Shown in pieces: positions 39,501 to 48,500 of a stretch of DNA of 60,290 nt. The first letter of the stretch is position 1. The number at the start of each line of letters is the position of its first letter. The translations under genes were made by a program, and so were the position numbers. The notes under the pieces are model-generated. The model saw nothing but the letters and a program-made list of their open reading frames with translations. It did not search any database and was not told the DNA's origin. Origin of the DNA: Hydrolagus affinis (Eukaryota). The DNA is taken from assembly GCA_012026655.1 (NCBI GenBank), contig JAAILG010001903.1:1-60290 (forward strand). The letters run 5' to 3'.

Positions 39501-42500
39501 GTTGGGGAGAAGAATGATTGAAGGCACAGTCAAAGAGGAAGGTCTTGAGACGTTCCTTCGAGGAGGCAAGGGGAGAGTGCAGGGACTCTGAAATGAAGTT
39601 CCAGAGAGAGAGTAGGGCAGATAGACTGAAAGTTCAACCAATAATGTTGGGTCAGGCAATGCAGGGGACGTAAAGCAAGTCAGTATCTCCCTGCTGAGAA
39701 GATCGAGAAGGTGGGTTGGTAAGGTTCAAGAAGGTTTTAGAGGTGAGTGGGGTAAAGAGACAGTGGAGGATATTTTTACCACATGACTGTACCCTTCCTG
39801 ATTCATTTTAGGTAGCAAAACCAGAAATAGTCTTTTGTTTACCTTATTTACCCAGTGCTACTGCTTTGTCAAATGCCACAAAAGCCACAGTAATTGCAGA
39901 TTACTGATTTTAGTTTGCTGCACACTATGCACAACAGTACATGACTGGTGCTGACAATGATAAACAAAATTTTAAACATTCACTTAATGAATTAGTGAGC
40001 CTTTAATACCACAGCACACTCTGCAAATCATAAAGAAAAGAGCCAAAACAAAGATTCAAAATTAATCGACTCCTTCAGCCAAAATTACAATGAGATGCAA
40101 TGATAATCTATGAACAATAGTGCAGGCATTAATATATAATGAGCTGTCCAAATAACCAAATCTTTAAATATTAATTTCGTTGAATGAACATTGATTACAT
40201 TAAATTATTCCATCCTACATCCGGAAAACAATGCAATTAATATGACTTCAGATTTGTTTTAGGCCCTACAAGCTAAAATTTTCTGAATATTTCACATTTT
40301 GGGTTTTGAATAAATAAATGCAATTATAGGACAATTTTAAAAATTCATGAAATATTAAATTATACTTTGTACATATGGCACTGATACTAAAAGGTTGATT
40401 TGACTCGAATTTTATGAGAAGGCTTCTGCCAAAACCTACTTATGCCAGCACTATTGAAAAAATTAAAAAGAATACTAAGTCAAACCTGTGATGACACATA
40501 TAAAACTCATTCTTTGATATAAATGATCTGAAAATAATTAACCTATAATCTTGTGGTTTACAAGCAAAGACGAACATGAATACCTAAGAAAATAACACAT
40601 GAGATGAAGGCACACTAAGAAAATAACACATGAGATGAAGCTGAGGACTGCACAATGTATAGGCACTTTACAAAAGCTATACTTCGCCAAACGGTGTTGA
40701 TGTGTAAATGCCAACCTGGGGCTCAGTAGAAGCAGATACTGAGGGAGACTGCAGCACAGACACTGGTACCTCTTCCACCTGATTCTGGAGAGCAGCAGCA
40801 TAGGCGCAGCAGTGCAAAGCAAACCAAGATTTAAAAATAACATTATTCTGTCTTTCACACATACTTTTCGCATTGCATTCTATTCAGTATTGTGGTTTTG
40901 TGACACACAATGAAACATAATCCTTATTTTTATTTGGGATTTATGTAGCCCCATCTTTTCCACCTAAACATAATTCTTAGATGTGCTTATAACAAAAGTC
41001 CTCAGTATTGAGACTCCTACATTAATGTGTAGCCCTCTTATTCCACTCTCTGCTTCTAAACTCATGTCTCAATCAAATTACAGTACTAGGAAGGGAAGAG
41101 CAAAATTGAAAGGTAACAGGAGAAATTTGGAGAAAATAAACAAAAAAGCTATAAATGTCAGTAAACACAAATATTTAACATTATTAGCCTTTTGAAAAGT
41201 TACCAAATCATTCTACAGTAATGTGCAACTCCTGATCAATGCTCGCAACAACTATCCAACATTTTTTCACAAGAAGTACACCTTGTTAAAAAAAAGTGCC
41301 ATTCTAAAATCTTCAGTACTTTCCTGAATATTGCTAGTGTTTTCAACTTGATAGTGGGAGTACTGTATTTATGTGCATTATTTTTGTTGAGTACTTTTCT
41401 ACTTACAGCTTTCAAATTTAAGTTACAATACTAATTAAACACAAGAAAGTGTAACATAAAATCACATTGGTGTCAAACTACAACTATAAACTAACCATAG
41501 TTTCAAATAAATACAATTTACATAATTAAATAAAAAGATGTGGCATGCATATCAATTTTACAGAAGCTAAATACTCATTGTATTAATAATCAGACTATTC
41601 ACTATTCTGTAGGTGGAAATATGGACGAGCTATTGTTCTTTAGAATGGAGCACTCGAACGTTCTCAAGGCTTGTAGTGCAGTGGAATCTGCCGTTTTGCA
41701 CACCTGTCTTTTTATGAATGCAGGGCGACCTCATTATAATATATCTCATTAAAGTTCTCTTATAAAGTGAGTTTCAAGTGAACCAGCAGTTACCAGAAGT
41801 GTGATACAGTTCCAGTTTCCGGCATAGACTAACTAGCTTTCTGCAGACATGCAGGAAACCCGCTAGTCTATCCCGGAAATGACTATCAGCAGCTTATAAT
41901 TCGGCGTCTAATTTTACATACCAAAACCCAGCTTTACAATGGGGTCACCCTGTACAATTAACATCACAATCACTAACCTTGTTTGAACTAAAATATAACT
42001 GCAAGAAAATTCTTAACTCTATGACAGTCTCTGTGAAGCTTAATGCCAAATTGTATTTTCTTTTAAAACAAATCCAATTTGGAGCGTTTCCCCCTTAAAT
42101 TCCAAGTCAATCCAGAATATATTTAATTCCCTTTAGGGAATTAAGGCATGGGAAAAGAGGCATTTACATCATATTTCACTCCAGGCAACACTTAAGTTGA
42201 AGTGTCCTAAAAACATTGGTGCATATCTTATATCTTAACATGTAATGTCATCACATTTCAAACAAAAACATCATTGCATCTTCTTGAGACCGCTGGCTGG
42301 CACCTTAGTTAAATCGACGATGGCTGAATTGAAGTTACTTTTTTTTCTTTTAGTGTGTTTATTACTTTAATTTGTTCATATGATTAATTTTCTCACAGGT
42401 GAACAAATAGAATCAGGATTGTAAGTGAAACATGAAAACAATGTTAATAAAAATAACTGATAGTATTACGCTGGAATGACACCACAGGTTTAGCAAATTG

Positions 42501-45500
42501 AGCTTCATTTTGCACGTTCTGGAATACGCCTAATTTACCTAATCAAGTTCTTTATGATTGGTGAATTTGAATAGACCAGCACACCTTTGACATTGTAGAA
42601 ATGTGTTAGGAGCAGAATACAGTACAAGCAAAGTAAGCAAAAGTGCTGTAGCGGAGATGGAAAGAAAAGGCACCACAGGATAGACATGAAGGCAGCCTTA
42701 CAGTCCAGCATGACACACGGGCACAGACACCAGCCCAGACGCAGACACCTGCCTGTGCGAGATCGTTGGAGCGAGCGTAGGAATCCTGAGAGGGAACAAG
42801 GCTCTGAGGAGATGGGACCACAGGTTCCGGCTGTGACAGCAATGCAAGGCGAAAGAAACAAGATACAAATGTAAAAATGAGAATGAAGAGAAAAAGATGA
42901 AGTTACTAAGCAAATCACAGCACGCATACAGAAATAATGAGAGCTAATGTAGTGAATTCTTGGTTACTTCACAAACTATTTTGTAGCACATCTTTATGAA
43001 CTGCTGTAGTCTTTATTATACAGTAGTATCCAAAATGACGTAGTTTGATTTTTTTCACTTCAACATATACCATGAACATAGATCTACATCTTCTGAAATC
43101 TCACACTATGCATCACAATTTTGCAAATTGATAGAAGTAGATTGCTGAAAGACTACAGAAGTTGTAAAGGCACAAATGATAAATTATTTACCTTTAAGAC
43201 AAAGAGGAATGCTAACATTGTGGTTGCAATAGCTTTTAACAGGTCACATTAAGCACAATGCAGAAGAATTATCATTACTTCATGAACATTTTTTTTATCT
43301 GTATTTATGATCACTTTTAACACAGCAATTTCAAGAAGCATATGTCAACATGAGCACCAATTCAAATTGAACATGAAATTAAACTCAAATATTTGAACAA
43401 AGCACTGCATTCATTCAAACAACCGGAAAACATTCAGAATGTGCTCAGCAAATACCAAGTCAAAGTTTATCAGCAGCTTCATCAAAACATGCCAGTGGTT
43501 TAAAACTCCTGCTGAACTCAAATAATTGGAACAAATACTATTTGTGCATTAAAAATAAATATGAAATATAGTTCCCACAGATTGGTGTATTTCACAAGGT
43601 TCAAAGGTATCAAAGCAAGTTCTAGAACACAATATAGTATTTAGTTGGTCTACTAATATAAATATTCAATGAATGTTCCAAGTTAAGGGTATTCAGAAGT
43701 GAATCAAGACATTAGTTACATATCAATTTGTACCTAGTAGTGTACATTGATGTGGGAAGTCTGTCAAACACGCTGACTGCTAAAATTACAATTAGTTTGA
43801 TAAGAAATGCCATTAAAGGTAAAAAAAAACAAGTTTGATAAGATGTCATTCGATCATGCTGTGATCTATGTGGTAATGGTGAAATATTCCAGAGGGGTTC
43901 CTAATCATAGTCCTCTGTTATCATACAGTTAGTATATACTATTAAAATTTTACAATATTATAACTGAATATTTTCAAAAAATATATTAAATAGCTCTGTG
44001 CAATACTGAATACCGCAATTATTAAAGCAAGGCAACAAGTGTTAAATATGAACTCCCAATAGCAAATTGTTCAGACAGGATTATTCAAGACACTCAAGTA
44101 TTGTTCAATAAAATGTTTGTTTTTACAGAAAGAAAGAAGATTCTCTCCAGTGTCATCTGAGCTTTGTCCGTTGGGGTCATTTGTTGAGATATCCTTTGGG
44201 CCTAAAGGTCACATGGCCAACAGTAAAATCAATTTCTTAGTTCATCAATCAATTGGAAACAACAACAGTCCATCTATCTAAAAAGAAATTCTCCATAGAA
44301 TTGTCAGCAAATTAAGGGTTAGCTGTCATTATATAAAATGTGGGTTTCTACAGCTTTCATACAGTATGAATTACTCTACAGCTTTCATATAGTATGCATC
44401 TACTTTTTTCTAGTATCTAGAAAAGATACTGCAAATCTAAAATCATACATATCATATATATACTTTGATTCATTTTCTGAAAACTGAAGCCCACTGGTTT
44501 CCTTTGCAGAATTTATACAATCCAAATTAGAAAGACCTTTGATCAAAACGCCTTGAAGATGATATAAATATTTGCCAAACTGTAAAAAAAACTAGATGTA
44601 CACATGAAAAATAATTCAGGATTTAAAAAAAGTCAAAGGTCTTGTTGCCAGATTAAAAGAAACATGCACAATCAGTCTGGTGCAAAAAGGACAGTCCAAA
44701 GAAGGTTACATTTCCATTGCCAGAAACTATGAAAATGCTCCCATGCTTTTCTCAAATTCCACTCATGAACCTTGATTGCAAATCACATGCATACTGTATA
44801 AGCATAACTATTCACTCAGGTTATAATTTGCTACACCTGATCTTTCCACAAAGTTCCACATGGCTGGCCTAGAAGTTTCATATACTATCTGTACGATTTT
44901 TTATTCTCCCTTCCTCCTCTCCACACACCGGCTACACACCTGCTTTGTAAAATCTGGTAGAGGTTCTTCAATAATAGATGAGGGCAACTTTTCCTGATCA
45001 GATATTTGTTGTTCATTGAGAAGTACCTTCTCCTTCAAATAGGTGAAAAGGGGGGTAAAACAGTGCACTTGTTTGTAAATACAAAGACCATAAATAAAGG
45101 TTAATGTCATGAAATGACATGCCTTGAATATCCCATATACCAACCATGGTTAATTCCTCAATGAGACTAGCGGAACAATTAAAAAAACCTCAATTTTTAT
45201 AATACTATATATTCATAGTTTCTTAGCACATCATGCATATTTTTAAAAAATCTTAACAAATTCTAGTCTAATGTGTAAACAGTTTCAAGTTAGGCCACAC
45301 AATTTTACAACTATGTTTCAGGATGACAAATCATTTCTCGTGCCCAAATAGTTAGTGAACCAAGCTAAGAATGGTGCAAGACACAGTTAGAATCAATATC
45401 CTTGCACAGTACGGTTCACTATTGCTCCATGCCACTCACTATTCCAAGCAGTCTTTTGTTCAAGTTTCCAAGCAGATTTTAAAAAGTGCATTGGGATACA

Positions 45501-48500
45501 ACACAAACTTCAGTAAAACTTTTATTTCTGTATCTCTGGTACACTGCACACATACTCTGGTTAGTTGGTACATGCTTTTCAGAAGAAATACCTCGCCTTT
45601 AACCAATTGTTGCTGTTGTAGTTTGTCTGGTTGTGTTTTGAATTGTTCCAAAGGAGGGGAAGCCGTTCTTTTGTTCAGCAAATCATCCGGACAAGTCTCG
45701 AAAACTTCCTCCTTCTTCTCTGGGACTCGCCGAGGTTTGTGATCTTTTGATTTTCCCCGGGTCATTAGGCTAGCCAACCCCACTGATATATCATCTTTAA
45801 CTGTAGTTTTCTTTCCTGGAGTTGCTGGTTCTATTTTTGTAGGAATAGGAACTTTTTTCCTAACATGTAGCGCAGTCTTGCTACTCTCCGTTTTAGATGG
45901 CCCTGTTGCTTCTAAAACTGGCTTGGTCTCTGCTTTGTTTTCCTTTGGTTGCTTTGTAGATTTTATCTCTTTCACCTTTCCCTTACTGTCTATTTCATCT
46001 AAAACCTTCTGCATCATTTTCTTAGCCGCTTTGGCCACTTTCTTATGAGGAACTCCCTGGTCCTCATGAACCAACTCAGTCTGGCTCTCAGTATGCATAT
46101 CTTGTTTTATTTTCTCTTGTATGTTAAACTTGCTTCCGAATTGTTCAGTTGAACTTCCATTTTCACCATTTATCTCCGGTTGCGGACTGCTGATCATCTG
46201 CTCCCTGTCATTCACCACATTAGTATTTGCACCATTTTCCGACTAAATTAACATACCGCAAAACAAAATGTTCCATAAATTATAATGGTAGAAAGAAAAG
46301 CTATAGCAGATGAATGATATGGCAGGTAGCAAGCACAATAAGCAAAAGGAATAAAACTAGAGTAAATACAAATGTGGTAACTAAGTATCAGTTAAGAACA
46401 GCTATATTTATATGATAAATCTAGTTTCGTCCCTAAACCTTGAATAATTAATACATAACAATGCTAATAATGTATAATGCAGCTTTATAATATAAATTAA
46501 ATTTAAAATGTATAGTATTAAAGTGCATTGATATCACACTTTAGCTATTTATCTATTAAGCAAAAACATATACAATATTAAGCAAAAATACTCTCAAATG
46601 CACAACAGCAGGAAACACCACCTAAAAGATTGGTTCCAGAGGTGTGGTTTCAAAATGACTGTACAGTAATTTCCCTCCCCATCCAACAAACAACTTCATA
46701 ATTAGAATGAGTGTTATGTCCATGCATTAATAAAAGTTAAAATTAATCTTCTCCATAAATTCTGGTTTGTTAGCAGCAATAACATTATGAAAATAAAGAC
46801 CTAATTCCAATATTCCACTTTTGTTAACTGTTCAGCAATATTACATATGCACTGAACACAAATAAAACTAAAACTACAAACCAAAGAAGTATGTTTTTGT
46901 TTTTCCTTATTTTCATACATGCACATGAACAGACCAGTGCAAGTTGCTTTTTAAATATTTAGGGCCTTTTCAATTCTACTATAATATACTACCAGCTGTT
47001 TTTCTTCCCAATCAGCAGAACGTTCACAAAATATTTTGTAAAATATCATTGATTGTGGAATATTTAAATGAGGATTCTGTTCCCACCCTAAATGGCTTGC
47101 AGTATTTAATCCAATAGGAATGTGCAAATAGAAAGGAAAAATAAACGTGTTACTCCACCATCTAAATACAGTACAACCAACCTCCACTTTAAAATGTCCA
47201 TTTAAAAATATCGGGTTATATAATGGTAAGCTTTCTTTCTAGCTTATGTATATCTTGCAAAGCAAAATACCTGCAGCAAACTGCAGTGTCTTAATCTTCA
47301 TTACATCTGCTAATTTCCTGATTTTTTGTGTGCAAAATATTATTTATCATGCAGCTATTGCATGCCTGAAACTGAAGCCTATACTTTGATTAGGTTTTGT
47401 TCACACACTACTGAATAAAGTCCCACACAGAAAGACTCAAAGAACAGCGTAGTTAATATGCTGCACTGCAGCAAGCCTCATCTGCCTTCTAGCCCACCAG
47501 TTATGCCGTTCCTTCCTATAAAGAAACAACTTTCTTTTCAGCAATCCATATTGCAAGTCATACTGGAGCTCTCAACAAGACCTAATTCAAGCTCCCAGCT
47601 TTTTCAATTCAAAGCACAGTAGAAAAAAAATATTAAATAGGCTAACCTGAGCACATCTTCTAAGATCCAGTCGTTTATAGGAGGATCTTTGGAAACCTTC
47701 CATGCCCAAATGAAATCAACACATCTACTGCATCTGCTGATGCAGTATCAATCACAATCTCCAGTAAGAGAAGGCCAACCACAAGGTTGCTGTGGCATTA
47801 AAAAAGCAAGTGCAGAAATGCAAATTTTCCATTTTATACTTCTTGATTAATGGAAAACTATAACACTTCCAATGCAAGTTTGGTTTCTATTGAACATTCC
47901 CTCGATGGGTCAGATATCTTTAATGGTCATTAAACTAATTAGGTGACCTGACAAAGTATATTTTCTGCAGTAAATACGCAAATATAAAGTCATCAGCATT
48001 CCTGTAAAATGTATGATTTTCAGAAAACTGACTAAGTATTAAATGCAACTGCATTTGACAGTCATTTTGAATCTAACACAGACAGGATAATATAAATACA
48101 ATTTTTAAAAACTGGATCTAAAAGCAAATTAGCACTGAACACAAATGTGAGTTACTGATTCTAAAAACATGACAACCATTTTAAGAAACTTACAGATTGT
48201 TCACAATTTTGCTGTTGGTCTTCATCAAGAGATTCCACTTGGACAACAGGCAATGACTTTTTCTTATCCAAAGGTTTTTCCTCCTTAACCTAATTAGTTA
48301 TAGGATGAGGTTGCAATATGACAGTCTGAATTTGAAGATACCATGCACAGTGCCCATATCACTTCAGTTAAAACTGGACACCTCCAGCAAAATTGTATTT
48401 ATAATACTGTAATAAGGTATATAAAGCTAATACGGTTCTAAATCTCTTAGTATAAATGCATCAATAATAATCCCAATAATCCCAATTAATACATTTGTGA

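Noticed and set aside
42123-42144. Palindrome ttaattccct-tt-agggaattaa (also one at about 56123-56145)
   Set aside because: Short and AT-rich; expected by chance in 60 kb.
45371-45742. 123-aa plus-strand ORF, and similar ones at 20321, 20923, 25756 and 36134
   Set aside because: Antisense shadows of MYO18A exons with no independent signals.
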